Of a DNA stretch of 64,000 nt, positions 26,681 to 40,692 are shown piece after piece. Source of the stretch: Camelus ferus (Eukaryota); NCBI RefSeq assembly GCF_009834535.1, contig NC_045696.1, forward strand, positions 87,174,001 through 87,238,000. The letters are read 5' to 3'. The stretch's first letter is position 1. Each line of letters starts with the position of its first letter. Below the pieces are notes generated by a model, which searched no databases, had not been told where the DNA came from, and was given only the letters and a program-made list of their open reading frames with translations. The translations under genes were made by a program, and so were the position numbers.

Positions 26681-27194
26681 TTTTTTTTTAAGTTATAAAA
26701 TTATCATCTTTATTTATACTTTGGCATTTGTAAGTTAAATGGTATAAAAGGCATAATAAAATTAAGAAATTTTACCACTTTTAAAGATGCTGTAATAAAA
26801 CCAATCCCATAAAAAAAAAACTATAGAAAATCAAAAAGAGAATGCGTACATGTAGCATCATCATCAGATAACTATCAAAGTATTTATGCAGTGAGTCTAC
26901 ACTTATTATAGAGTCTCTCAATTATTATGATTTTTCCAAGTAGTTCAGAACCAGTAAAATGATGCTCTGCTTCATATTCAGAGTATTGGAATGGTCTATT
27001 ACTCTAGTAATTTAATTAAATGCCATTTGGTTTTAATGATCATTGTAAACCTATTTAACATGTGAGCAGAGGTATCTCTGGGATACTTGATGAAATTAAT
27101 TTCCTAAATCTGCAGATCTAAGGAAGGGAATTTTAACCATGATAAAATCACAAAGTCATTAAAATCTAGAAAAACTGAAATAGTTTTCGTTTCT

Positions 27195-27360
27195 TTATTT
27201 GTTCCTTAAAGGAACATTTCGTTGCTCCACATACTGTCAACCATTCTTCTAGGTGCTGAATTATAGAGTGAAGAGACAGCCTAATTGCTCTTTCAATGGT
27301 TTGTGTATTGTAGTGGGAGAAGGCATATAAAACAGAATCTGATCAATTAATTAGCAAGAA
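27195..27360. mobile_element. L2 3' fragment
   Basis: 'tttatttgttcc...aacatttcgttgctccacatactgtcaaccattcttctaggtgctga...gtgaagagacag'. Confidence 0.55.
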
Positions 27361-27374
27361 AAAATTTCCGGTCT

Positions 27375-27542
27375 AAGGGTACTCAAATTTGAGTGTACGC
27401 TATAATTACCTGTATAGCTTGAAAATTTATGAATGTTTGTGCCCCTCTCCTAGAGATTCTAGGGGGAGTCCTGTGTGTTTGAATTTTTTAAAAGCCCCCA
27501 TATGATTCAGATATGCAAACTGTATTGAGAAACATTTGCCTA
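27375..27542. mobile_element. MER5A-like hAT-Charlie MITE
   Basis: 'gtactcaaatttgagtgtac...attacctg...agagattct...aaaagccccc atatgattcagatatgca...ttgagaaacatttg'. Confidence 0.7.
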
Positions 27543-28107
27543 GAAAATTATGTGAACCAGAGAATAAAAGTAGGGGAATGTGATAGAATTCTTCAATTTC
27601 CGTGTTTCTAAAGCTCACTAGATGGTCCCCCAAATCACCTTGAAACATATTAAAAGCTTCTCAGAATTGAAAGTGTCTAAACTTCATTAGAGCAGGAATG
27701 CAATTGAATGAAAATACAAAGGATGTTTGAAGGAAAATTAAAAAATCTAGAGATCGCTTGCAAAAGATAAAAGAAATTTCTGAAGATTCTGAGAATGAAA
27801 TTGTGAATTGAAAATACCCACATATTACAGACAAACATGAGCTCAATCAGTTGAAGGGAGGGATTGTAAATGAGTATCAGAATTTTAGTGAGGGCTGAAT
27901 AGGTAGAAGAGAAGATTAAAATGCTATGGATAGATTGAAAAGAACTTGAATAACCAAAATATTGGGATTAAATTTTTGTACCTCTCTTTATCATGTGCAT
28001 GATACAGATCAATGCACATACTTTACACATCTACTCTCTTGTATTTATATTGGTAGACTTTTTGGTTCACTTTACTTCTTGGCTCTGTTCCTAGTGTTCT
28101 TAAGCTC

Positions 28108-28200
28108 TCTCTATATATATACATGTATGTGTGTATATATATATATGTGTGTATATATCATATATATGATGTGGACTCGCTGCTTATGAGATATATATGT
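28108..28200. repeat. Imperfect (TA)n/(TG)n microsatellite
   Basis: 'ctctatatatatacatgtatgtgtgtatatatatatatgtgtgtatatatc'. Confidence 0.8.
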
Positions 28201-28419
28201 AGCAAACTCCAATGTGCAATGCAACTCAACTGGACATCCTTGTGTTAGTGTGCAAAGACTAAACTTGCCTTAGGTTGTATCTTGGACAGAAGATCAATTT
28301 TTATTAGAGATATGATGTAATAAATTAAGTTTCTGCCCCCTTTTAGTTCCATTTCTCATTCGTTAAAATTTAAGATCCAAATGAGTGAGATGAGTATTAT
28401 TTCAAAGTCATTATCAGCC

Positions 28420-28620
28420 TTAGGAGAGCAGCATAGTATGTAACCGTTATGAGCATGGGTTCTAGAACAAGGTTCATAATTCAAAAATGTGTTCTGAATT
28501 CTCCCATTTATGGGCTCTGTGACCTCTGGCATGCTAAGCAATTAACCTTTCTGTGTAAATTCCAAGTTAATAGCAGTATAACTAAAGCAGTAAAACATAT
28601 CAAATGCTTTAAAAAAAATT
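28420..28620 (+). mobile_element. MIR SINE fragment
   Basis: 'gagcagcatagtatgtaaccgttatgagcatgggttctaga...tgtgacctctggcatgctaagcaattaacct'. Confidence 0.6.
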
Positions 28621-31600
28621 ATTCACTGTAGATTCTACCAGGATTATGTTTTACATTTTTTTGTGTATGAAAGTATTTGATTTAGGAAATTCTCACTCAG
28701 ATCCAATAGATGATAAAAAAAAATTAAGGATGCATCTTAAATTATAAAATACACAGTTAAATTGTGATACCATGCCACTGATTTATTGCAACTCACTATA
28801 TCTCAGTAATACATATTTTCATAATTTAAATAGGAAAATATTAACTGGCCAATGTAAAACTAGTTAAGATTTCAGTGACTAACTTTAACAAGGCTACACA
28901 ATTACTTCTACAAAAGGACCATTTGTTAATATGATCAGTTTATTTAAACAGGTGGACATGGTAAACAGCCAAGTCAGTGGTGTAGCATGTGGCCACCACA
29001 GTATAGTTAGAATGAATTTGCAGACATAATACTGCAGAATCATATGGGTAATTTTTAATCATTGGTGGATTTCCTTTATTCCAGTTTATAAGAACCAACA
29101 GTGATTAATTGTAAATGTAACTGTAAATAAACTCATTCTTTAAAAGCAGAACTTACACATTTTCCCCAAAGCCTTTCTTTAAAAATAATTACATACTGAT
29201 TCAATAAAGTATATAAATAGTTGCCTATAAATACCACATAGTCCTGATGTTAACTTCCAGGTATTAAATGAAATAAATATGTCAATCTTAAAGCTATTGG
29301 GATTCTCACTCAGCTTTGTATTCCTCATAATAATTCCCAGTGAAACAAATCAGAATTTTATTAACATATTACAGAGTCAGAGTTTTTTTCATTTTAAGTG
29401 AAAAACCCTTTAGCTTTGTTCCAAAGGTACTTCTGCTTTCTTCTGCTCTTCACTCTCGACGACTCTGGGAGGGTGTCTCTGAACTCTACACTCTGTGCAG
29501 TAGTTTAGTTGATCCATTCCTTGTCATGGTTAGTAAATGCAGGGCTAGGATTTTATCCCAAGTCCACTGACACTAAATCCATCATTACCCCAATGTACCA
29601 AATAACTTACTTGCATTTTATATTGATGGAAGTAATACACTGATTTAATATCCCACTTAAAAAAATCTATCAAATAGAAATGGGAAGTCACTGAGTACTC
29701 CTTTGACCAGAAATATTGGCCAGCACTTGTATCCTTACCTCTCTCAACTGTACTAGGTTTTAATAAGTGAGAGTCTTGGTAAGTCTTGAAAGTTTAATAA
29801 ATCTTGAAAAGCTTACATAGTAGCTACCTTGGAAAGGGGCATTTAGTGCAAATATGTACTTGAGTTACAACAGAGCAATCCTGTTCTGACTTAGAATTTT
29901 TGCTTTATAGTCCCTAGGTAAGATTAGATTTAAACTAAAAATCTAGTTCTGTTTCAAAACTACAGTGCAAGTTACAGATTGTTTCATAGCTGCCTTTTTT
30001 TTTTTAATCCAATGGGTAATTTCTTCAAGGCTCCAAATATATAAAAATTACTTAATCACAATGTGATAATGGCTTTTCCCTCTGGGAACAGATACGGGAA
30101 TGTGTAGCTCATTACTAATCCTCTGAGTTTCTATCTTCCCAGCAGGACAGCATTCTGCAAAATTTATAAATATGCTAAGCTTTTCCAAATATTTGTCATT
30201 GGTTAATAAATTATGCTGGTTAATATCACATCTAATAAAATATTTATTTCAAACATCAGGAGGCATGGTTTCAGCTAAGACTTTAGTTAAACTTCTATGG
30301 GTCAGTAGCTTGAGATATTCTCTTTAATCAAAAAGAATAATGAATTGAGTCACACACAGTGGGATACAGGTTGAAAACCTACAGTGAAAGTATCTTAATT
30401 TGTCCTGCCCTCATGCTATTAATCTAATTACAATACAGTTTAAAGTTAGTAATAAATACAGGCTTAAATGAGATCAGACTAAAGTGTGGGCAATTATACC
30501 AAGAACTGTAATAGAAGACATAGTGAGTTTTATCAATTAATTTCAGTTCTATTTGACTTCCTCTGAAACTCTCAAATTGAAATAGATTAAATCTCAAATT
30601 AAAAGGAATAGAATTTTTGATAGAGTTACAATAAGACAATAATGTAAATCACCCCCTGCCTTGTTACCACATTATAGTCCTTTGGAAGAGAAATTTTTAG
30701 CATAGTTGAGTTGCAGGTCATGCAATATCACAGCAGAGAAGTAAGATTTATTCCTTGAATAATAATGTTTTAGGCCCTCATTTACACATTAGCAAGAATA
30801 CTCACTTTATTTTCTATACATCTCACTTTAACTGAAAGCTTTGTTTGATTTCATAAAACAGAACAAAATTACCCTTGGAATTTAAGAATATGTATGAATG
30901 TAGCCAGTAATGTTAGTCTGAGAAGAATTCCTTTAGAAGCAGAATTGCAGAATATAGAAGTAGAATTTGCAGAGTGTGTTTTTTATGGACATCATCAAAT
31001 AAAGATAGTGTAGGCTTTCTTACAAAATTATGCTGTTTCATATGACCATCTCAATTTGAAATTATATGGAACTCTTAAGAATTATATAAAAAGCATGCTG
31101 CCACGTTTTAAGTGAAATAATTAGAATTAATAAAAACTATTTGAGAATATACATATAACTAATTGAGATCCAGACAGGGAATTTAAAAAGCTTTGGGGAA
31201 AGTGCCTTGAGGAGAAGTGGAGTTTTTCAGTGCATAATTATAACTGCTTAATTTGCAGACCTATTATTAACATGACTTTCCTTCTGATGACATCAGACCC
31301 ACAACAAACACATTTTGAGTTAGCAGTTTAACATACAGCATGTATTTTCAAGTCATTATCACAGTACCTACTCCAAGCAAACAAATCCATGAAGAGTATA
31401 GAAAACTCTGAATGAGCAACCATTGTATACAGCATACAAAAATACACCTCATATAAAAAGAAAATGTCAAACAAGAAGTATATTTGAAAAACAAAGGGTT
31501 AGCTCCTATTTTATAGTTCAATATTCTTACAATATTAGTAGATTTTTTTAACATTTTAAAAGTCATAAATCTGCAATTGTAAGTGAACCTGTCTTATTTG

Positions 31601-31687
31601 CTTAAAGTTAGTGAATTGGAATATAAGGGTTTCTTTTCTTTCTTTGAATTATAAAAAAAAAAAAAAAGATTTCTTCTCTTGTGGCAA

Positions 31688-32319
31688 CTCTATTTCTATT
31701 GCTGTGTAAGAAATAACAACAAATTTAGTGGATTAAAAACACCACTCATGTATTATCTCAGAGTTTCAGGAGATCAAAAGTCCAGGCATAGCATAGCTCA
31801 GGGGCTCAGGGGACTGAAATCAAGGTGTCACTGGTCTGTGTTCTCATCTGGAACTTTGGGCTGTTTTCCAGGCATGTTCAGGTTGTTGGCAGAGTTCAGT
31901 TCCTCTTAATTGAAGTCCCTGTTTTCTTGCTGATTCTAGGGCAGAAGTCACTCTCATTTCCTAGAGGCTGCCCTCAGGTCCTGACCCTCTCAAAACATGG
32001 TAGTTCACTTTGAAGCCAGCAGTTGAATCGTACATTTCTAACCTCTTGCTTTAAAGAGACCCAGTTCCTCAGAGGCTTACCTAATTAGGTCATATCTACC
32101 CACAATCATTTTCCTTTTGATAAACTCGAAGAAAAATAATTCAGGACCTTCACTTCATCTGCAAATCCTTTCACTTTTTCATGTAACATAATTTAATCAT
32201 GGAAGTGGACTCCAGCATATTCCCCATGCTACCCACACAAAAGGGGAGAGTATTACATGGAGTGTGTACATCAGGAGGAAAGAGTCTTGGGAGCTATTCT
32301 CAGAGGTCTCCTTACTACA
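31688..32319 (-). mobile_element. MaLR solo LTR, MLT1E-like
   Basis: 'tattgctgtgtaagaaataacaacaaatttagtggattaaaaac...caggttgttggcagagttcagttcct...cccacacaaaaggggagagtattacatggagtgtgtacatcagg'; antisense counterpart of 6851-7450. Confidence 0.8.
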
Positions 32320-32599
32320 TAGTGATGTTTTTGAGAAATGGAGAAACTGCCTTATTTTTCTGTTTTGCATATCAGGTGTTAAAATATTTCCTTTTAAGAA
32401 TGAGATTTAAAAATCACTGATTTTTGTCTGTCTCTAGGTATGTAGAGATGGTAGGTAACCAGGTTGTCCAGGACAGCTAAGTTGAATAATAGAAGAACTA
32501 GGACTGCCCTCGTATGTCTGACACCCACCAGTGCTTTGACCAGTATCTCATTGTTCTTACTGCGTGAACAGATAATGAATTTTATTGTGAACATATCCT

Positions 32600-34680
32600 G
32601 CATCTATTGAGAAAGTCATCGTTTCCCCTTTATTTTGTTGGTATGGCTCTTTTCATTGATAGTTTCAACTGTTCTACCCACCTTGCATTCTTTTTTATGG
32701 CATCTTTGAAGATTTTCTCTCTACCTTTGGTGGTCAACAGTTTTGTTCTGATTTTTCTTCATAAATTTCTTTTTATACATCCCACTTGATGATTGTTGTT
32801 CCTAGAAACTATCAGTTGATTTGTTTCATCAGTTTTGGAGAATTCCTAGCCATTTTCTATTTAAATAAGACTTATGTCCCATCTTCTCCTCTTTTTTCTG
32901 GAATTCAGTGATTTTCTCCATCTCTTACCTTTCTTCTATTTTTGTTATGTGCCTCTGTATTTCTATGAATTGTCCTCTCACCTAATTTATGTCCACTGAT
33001 GCCTTTCAGCATATCTCATCTGCTATTAAATGTATCTAGTGAGTGTGTGTCTATTGGATTTGTATGCAGTAAAATACATATATCTTTAATGTGCAGATTG
33101 ATGAGATTCGTCAAATTTATCCATCTTTACAAAATTCACACACAAAATACTTCTATCATCTCAGAAAATGTTCATGTTTCCTTCAAGTCAAACCCCCAGT
33201 CCCATCCATGGTCATTCAGTTCTGATTTCTATTCTCATATATTAGTTTTCCTTGTTTTTGAATATTACATACAATGAGCCATATAGTAAAAACTCTTTTG
33301 TGTCTTCCTTTTTTGTTCAAAAATACCTTTTGTGATTCATCTTTGCTGTTGCTTCATCATTTATTGCTAAAAAGTATTCCTTTGTATGAATATACTACAA
33401 CTTACTTATCCATTCTCCTGGCTAATGGGTATTTGAGTGTTTTCCAATTTTTAGCCACTATGAAAGGATGTCTATAAAGGTTTTTGTTTAAGTCCTATTG
33501 TATATATAAGTCTTCATTTCTTTTGGGTAAGGTATGCATTGTGAAATTGCTAGTTTAGAGGGTAAGCGCATGGTTAACATTATAAGAAACTGCTTTTACC
33601 AAGTGGTTATACTATTTTACACTCTTCAGTAATACATGAGAATTCTACTTGTTCCACATCCTCGCCAATGTTTGGTATTGTCAGTCAGTTTTGGTCATTC
33701 AAGTGGGTGTGAAGTGATACATCATCATGATGCTATCAATTTATGCTGCTTTGATGAGTAATGATGGGTGAGCACTTTTTCATGTTCTTGTTGGTCATTT
33801 GCATATGTTCTTTTGTGAAGGGTTTATTCAAATATTGCTATTTGTCAATTGTAAAATTATAAACGTTCTTTTTATATTCTAAATATAAGTCCTTTGTCAG
33901 ACATAAGCATTGCATTATTTTTCCTGGTATGTGACTTGCCTCTGAAACAGTCTTTTGACAAAAGTTTATACTTTTGACAAAAGTTTATGAAAGTTTGATT
34001 AACTCTAATTTGTTTTTTATGGTAAATGTTGTTAGGCCCTAGGAAACTTTTGTCTTTACAAACTATTCAAAAATATTTTTAATTTTTAAATTTAATTTAG
34101 AACTTCACATATAGAACTATAATGTATCTCAAATTAAACATTAAAATTTGTGGTTCTTTTCCTGTTTATATCAGCTCCTGTAATTCATGATAATGGTGTA
34201 TATTCCTATTTATTTGTTTTCCGTAGTTACTTTCACTCATGTTTTATAGAGGTCTAAATCACTTGTCTTATTTCTTACAGAGTTTTCATGTGTTTGATGC
34301 AATTTTAAACAGTAGTTTTGTTTTCCAGTTGTTCTCAGCTAGTAACAGAAATGCATGTGATTGTCAAAGTTGATCTTGAATCCTACAAACTAGCTAACTT
34401 CACTTCATAGTTTGAGTAGTTTTCTTTTCCTCAGATTTCATAAGATAGTCTGTGTTAACAATTAGGTCATCTCTGAGTAAAGAGAGTTTTCCTTCTTTGT
34501 CTCTAATGTTTACTCCTGTTTTCCTTATACTTGCCTTCTTGAACAAATTAGGGCCTTCAGCCCAACATTGAATAGTTACCAGTAGTGAAAGCAGACATTC
34601 TTGATTTTGGTGCTGCCAGGTTTAAGGAGACGTTTTCAACAGTAAGTGTAATGTTAAATGTATGATTTCTAAAGTCATAA
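32600..34680 (-). mobile_element. Ancient L1 relics (L1ME-like 3' end and ORF2)
   Basis: 'agtattcctttgtatgaatatactacaacttacttatccattctcctg', 'gttccacatcctcgccaatgtttggtattgtcag', 'gagcactttttcatg', 'ccttcagcccaacattgaatag'. Confidence 0.7.
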
Positions 34681-36889
34681 AATTATTTTCCAACAAAAGT
34701 AAGATATTTATTCATTCATGCAATAAATCAGCCATTCATTTAATATACAAGGCAGATAACAAACCCAGAAAACTTGTGTCTTTGTGGAGCTTATAGTTTG
34801 TATAAAGACAAGAGATGAGAGCACAGATAATAAACAAGTAAATAAATAAAATAAAGTGTGTAATAGGGACTTGCTAGCATAAGCAGTTAATTGAGTACTT
34901 TTGTCCGATTCTATTACAACTCGATCTTCTTTTTTAAGAGTGGTATTTCCTGTCTACCCAAATAGTGCTCTTGTCTCCATGTGGGTAATGGTCTTTTTTA
35001 CCTCTGTATCTGATTTGTACATTTATCGAATGCATGAGGGAGTTAAAGAATGGATGAATAACTAATTTCTTTTACTTGGAAAATAATTTTGTGACTTGAG
35101 AAATACTTATTTTTTAAGAAATAGAATATTTTCTGTTCCTTTGGAAAGCTTTATCTGAGGAGACATTCTTATCCACTCACCCTTAACGAAGTACTTAGTT
35201 CATGTCATCTATCAGATTTTATTGCAGTTTTATACGTGTCTATTTACTCATGATTCTGATTTCTTTGAAGTTTGAAACCAGACAATGCTTGAGAAATAGT
35301 GGCTGTCCCATAAATGCATGTTTTAGGATTGAACGGATTAAAAACTATGGACATTGTTGACCCAATGGGCAAAATATTTAAGAAATTCTACATTTTATGA
35401 TACTTATATGCCAGCAATTTAGTACTTGTCAGCTTTGCTATATTATGTCAGGATCTCATTTTATGGTAAAAATGGAACTTTATAGTGTGTATGTCAGGGA
35501 ACATTATTTTCTCTTTGATAAGGACACTACTTGCATTTAGAGACAATAACTTTTCTTTCTGTTAATGCCATCGTTCCATCAAGAGTCTAAGGCATTGACA
35601 TATACATATACTGTTACAAAATAGTAGGTCACAAAGAAAAAGCACTGTAAGACTTTCAGTGTGAACATATAAGTTAAATTGATTATACCTTCCACTTGTT
35701 GCTGAAATTAGAAGGATATGTTCACAAGTCAATAATTAAAGCTGAAAATTGTGCAGGGCACAGTTAGTTCACAGAGCTGTTGTGGAGGAGAGCATGGGTA
35801 TGTAACCAAATATCCAAAATGTCCAAATAATAAGGTTCTACTCAAAATAAATCTCTGGATTAAAAGAAAAGAAGAAAAGGAAAAGAAAACTTGATTCTGT
35901 TCAAGGCAGTAAGAATGGTATCAGGGTATCACACATTCATCTATGGTTTCTGTACATTTGAAAATAAGCAGAAGTCTAGTTCAGTATAGAAGCAATATAG
36001 CTTTAGTTTCTTAAAACAAGCTGTGTCAATACTTTAAAAAAATCTATTGTTTCTACTTTTAATCTAGTATTTTCTCACATACCCAGAATAAATTTTTAGA
36101 TTAAATTTCTAAATTAATAATATCATTTCATAATTTCTTCTATATCCAAAATAAATATCCAGCATAAATGAAAATTTGGAGATTGAGGATTTTGTCACAC
36201 CTAATTTCAATCTGAAATTTAGTCAATCCCTAAATTTTCATTTATTCTGCCCTCTTTCATTAATGACTGATATATTTGCCCCTTGATTTTATGTCTGTGC
36301 TGTCTCTGAAGTACAGTTCTGGACACAACTTTTTTTTTATAGTAAACTTTTTAAAAATAAAAGCTTTTTTAAAAAGAGAACATATTTACAATCACAAACC
36401 TAATCATTCAAGAGTGGAAAGAAGAGACAATAAAAAGACAGTGTTAATTGAAATAAAATAAGTTACCTTTTATTAAAAGTTAAAGATTAAAAAAAAACTC
36501 TATGATTCATTTAAGCATAAATAAGAATACTTTCAGGTACGTGATGAAAGAAATGATAACTGAAAATATGATCATTACTGACATAGTCATTCTGGATTGT
36601 TGGGAAAAGGGACAACAATGGAATGGCTTAGGCTACTTGTGGATTTTGAATCATGAAATTACTAATATTTGATTTTTTAATCTAATAACAGAGTAATTTT
36701 ATGTGGCTCAAACAAATAGTATCTGCCAGGGACTTTGGTAGCTATTTTGCATTAGTAACTTATCTATAAGAAGCTATGCCAACCTCTGAATACTAATGAT
36801 AACACATTAGAGTTTTTCATTGCATTTAAATATTTCCCAGGGACAAAACTGCTCAATCACTCACCCCCAAATGACTCCTCCATAGGAGA

Positions 36890-37520
36890 GTTTCTATACC
36901 AAATGTTGGAGAGAAAGTGGATTCATATACTTTGCTGATGAGAATGTAAATTGGTTGACTCTCTTAAGAAAAATATTCAGTGTAATTAGATAAAGTCAAG
37001 CATTTATAATATAAATGTCTGGAAACCCAGCAATTCCATCCCCTGATAAACACTCAAGGAAAACTCCTGCTCAGCTATTAAAGAGACAAAATAAACGAAA
37101 GGTTTGTAATAGCAAACTCTTTAAATGAACCTGAATGCATGATGGCAGGACAATGGATTAATAACCTGTGGTGTATTTAACATGAAATATTTTATAGGAG
37201 AAAAAATAAACATAGCTACATGCAACAAACTTAATAAAATGACATACTTTTGAGTGAAAAAGCCTTCCTAATATTACATAGACTATGATATCCTTTTAAT
37301 AAATTTATAAGTTTTATTAAATGTTAAAAACTAAATTAAAAGAGATAAAATATTGCACATTAAAAAGCAGGAGAATTTTGCACACAAGATTCAGGATAAG
37401 GTTAATTTGGAATGGGGGTTTGGTCAGGGAGTACATGTTGATAGATGTAAGATGTTTCCAACTGTCCAGTTTTGTTTTCAGTTGTCTCATGGATGTTTAT
37501 TATGATAGATAAGTACATAA
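36890..37520 (+). mobile_element. Ancient L1 (L1ME-like) 3' end
   Basis: 'catatactttgctgatgagaatgtaaattgg', 'cccagcaattccatccc', 'tttgtaatagcaaac', 'aatggattaataacctgtggtgtatt'. Confidence 0.7.
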
Positions 37521-40500
37521 ATAAGACTTCCTGTGGGCAAACTATGAGTGTGTCATAAAGCAAACATTGTGATTAATCCAATGCAATGAATATGTGATTC
37601 AAAGAAAGAAAATAAATGAGTAATAGAGTTAAAACTCTGGGAGTTAGGTAATATGTTTCCTATTTACAAAAGAGAAAATCAAGATACAGCCAAGTTTATG
37701 ACAGTTTTATTAGTCACATGTATCTGTCATACAAGCTGGTTTACAAAAGGAGCACCTGATGGCATATTTGATGAGTGACATGAGATCCTGCCCCGCCACT
37801 ATCTATCTAATCTATCATCCAGGCAGGGTGCCAGGAATGTACATCATTAAAGAGAATTTCTGAATTTCTGAATTCTGGCTTGTTTTCAGAAATTTTGTTG
37901 AGCCAGTCCCACGTAGAGGGCAGTGTGAGCATGCTACCTCAGCTCCTGCCAAGATGGCCTGGCCTTGCTCTGCTCTGCCCTCCACCTAGTGTGCTCTTCC
38001 CAAAGATTTTCTGAGATTTTCCTCAATGAATTGCAGTCTGTACTACATCCTCTTTGAAAAGGTCTGACTGATCTCCTTAAACAAAATAGCAACCCAACCC
38101 CCTCCACCTTGTTACCATCCATCCTGTTGCTCTACTTTTCCATCTTTCAGCTACCTGTTTTCCTGTATTAAATTTCTTCAACTTCATACTTTAGCACCTA
38201 TTTATGTAACTGTTCAATTGTTTAATATTTTTTCACTTTTAATCTTATTACTTACTATTTAAAATATAAATATCTTAATCTTATTAGTTATTTATCTTTG
38301 GAGGTAGCACCATTTTACTTAAGTTGGTTGTATTTTGAAAGTTGATAACAGAAGGCACTTTTTTAAAGTTACAATTTATGACATTATTTTTGATTTATTT
38401 GCATATGGTTATGGAAACATATAAAAATGCACCTCTACATCTTTGGTTCTCTGATGGAAAGTTAATACAGTGAAGAATTCCAACCAGGAAAACTTAATAC
38501 TGTAAACCTGTATACTTAGCAGCAAAATCTTCATCATTATTTTCCTTGACAAGCATACCTGCCTAGTGATTTGTAGATTTCAAGAAAGTAGCTTTCCTGT
38601 GTGTTGCATTGCCTATAAGCCAGATCATAAAATTGTTGTCTGCAGAAGCTCCTAGAGAATTAGATGACCCTACAAATAGCTTTTGTGTTATTTATATGAG
38701 TATCAGTTTGGGGAAAATATTGAACTAAGCGTATCACCATTTATCATGGAAATTAAGATACTTGAAAGATTGTTCTCTGGCTTTGCCCTTTTCTCAAAAG
38801 CTTTCTTGCCAAGTTCAGTGCACTGCAGGAACTCTTTCAAATATTTTATACTGATTTGAATTTAGCTTTGGTGTATTGCTTCATTAGGAGCAATAATGAG
38901 GCTTGAATAATGACACTTGCTAATGGAATAAAAATACTGCAGAACAACACAGCTGTTCCCTCTATCCCTCTCTCCTGATAGGGCAATAAACACTGTTTTA
39001 AGGTTTTAACACAGAGGGGGATATCATATATGCATTGGATCAGGTTTCTGCTGTGCTGTTTCTATTATTGCTAATGACAACTCACTGTTCAAACTACATT
39101 TTATCCAGTCAGCATTATCCCATAATATAGATCGCCTAAATTTTAGCAGCTGAAATGTGTGTAGTCTAGACTATAGGACACAAAATATACAATTTTTAGC
39201 AATGTGAAATACAACTGAGACTTCTGTATTTATGTTCTAATTTCTCTTGAATAATACTTGTTTAGGAAATTAAGGAGACTTTATTCACCTTACTGTGCCA
39301 AGTATAGCTTATATTTGTACAATCTGTTGGCTTTTTAGTCTGTTTTCCAAAAACATAGATCAGATTTATAGATGGGGCTTTATTTTTTACAAAGAATTAT
39401 AATATTATATGTAGCAGCAGAATGTTTGAGCTGGAAATAAATTTCAGTGATTTAGTTCAACATTCTCTTTATAGAGTAGGAAACTATCAATTTTGATTTC
39501 AAAATGGAATTGATCTGAACTGCTAACTTTAGCTGACTAGAAAATGTATTTTCTCTTTAATCAAACACATGTATGATCAAAGAATACTGAGATATACTCC
39601 CTATATTACATATTCTGAAGTTTGACACCCCACTAAGATCTTCATAGGAATATTTTAATTACAATAAGTTTTGTGATCATTACATCTCAACCCTTTCAAC
39701 ATTGCTGTTTCTCTTTTCTCATACACTTGGATAAATGCCAAGTAAGAAGCATCTTTAAAGGGAAGACATGTGGAAATATTTGACAGATTTCAGATCATAT
39801 GTGGAACACTGAAATCAGTTAACTGCAGTTCAAAGTGTTTGTAGTCAAATAAGAAAGTATGTCAGCAACTTAATTAGATTCCGTGAGTTTGAATGGATTT
39901 TCTGTGCGTGGTTGTTAACCTGTGGTACTTAAAACGGGCTGGTGCTACTCCAGTCCTTTTGCTCCTTCAGAAAGAGGACTTCTCAAATGAAAAATAGTGG
40001 AGAGGGCCTGTCGAGGTTTATAGAGAATTATATAGTACATTATTTTTCTGACTTTTGTCTATATGCTTTATTTACCAAAAATGTAAATCTTCGTGAAGCT
40101 TCAAACATCATTAAACGTGAATTATTCTAAAACATCTTGATCCCTTGAAGGCTCTGAAAATACAAACTGGGTGACAATTAGATCTTTTTTTCAGATCTAT
40201 GCATGTTACTAACAGAAGAGTTCCAAATATGTGCTTTACCTTCAAAGGAATGTATAGACACTAATTATATAGGCTCTAGCAGTTAAGAAAATGTAGCAAT
40301 TGGTATTATTTGAACATATTATAAATAAAAATACACACACACACACATATATACAATATGTGCAGTGTGTGTACATTGGCTGACTACAAAAGTACACAGG
40401 TGCAAACCAAAAGGATGGACAGGGATGCCACTAGTAACTAGCGATGGGAATAATCTCAACTTAGTTTTGACACGCTGGGAAATATTTAGTGAAGAGATGA

Positions 40501-40692
40501 ATACATTTATAGAAGAGATGGAAAAAAACGGAAACATTGCCAACAAGGCGTATACAAGAAGTCTGAAACCACAGGAGATAACAGTAAAAAGAACAGGGGT
40601 TTTATTCAAACAGCCCTAGGTTTGACTCCCAACTCAGGCCACTTAGTTGTCATATTTTTGACAAGTTTCCAAGAGTTTTGAGCCTTGATATC

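Noticed and set aside
39950..40020. Acceptor-like 'ttttgctccttcag' followed by short open sequence
   Set aside because: No convincing donor and no recognisable protein similarity
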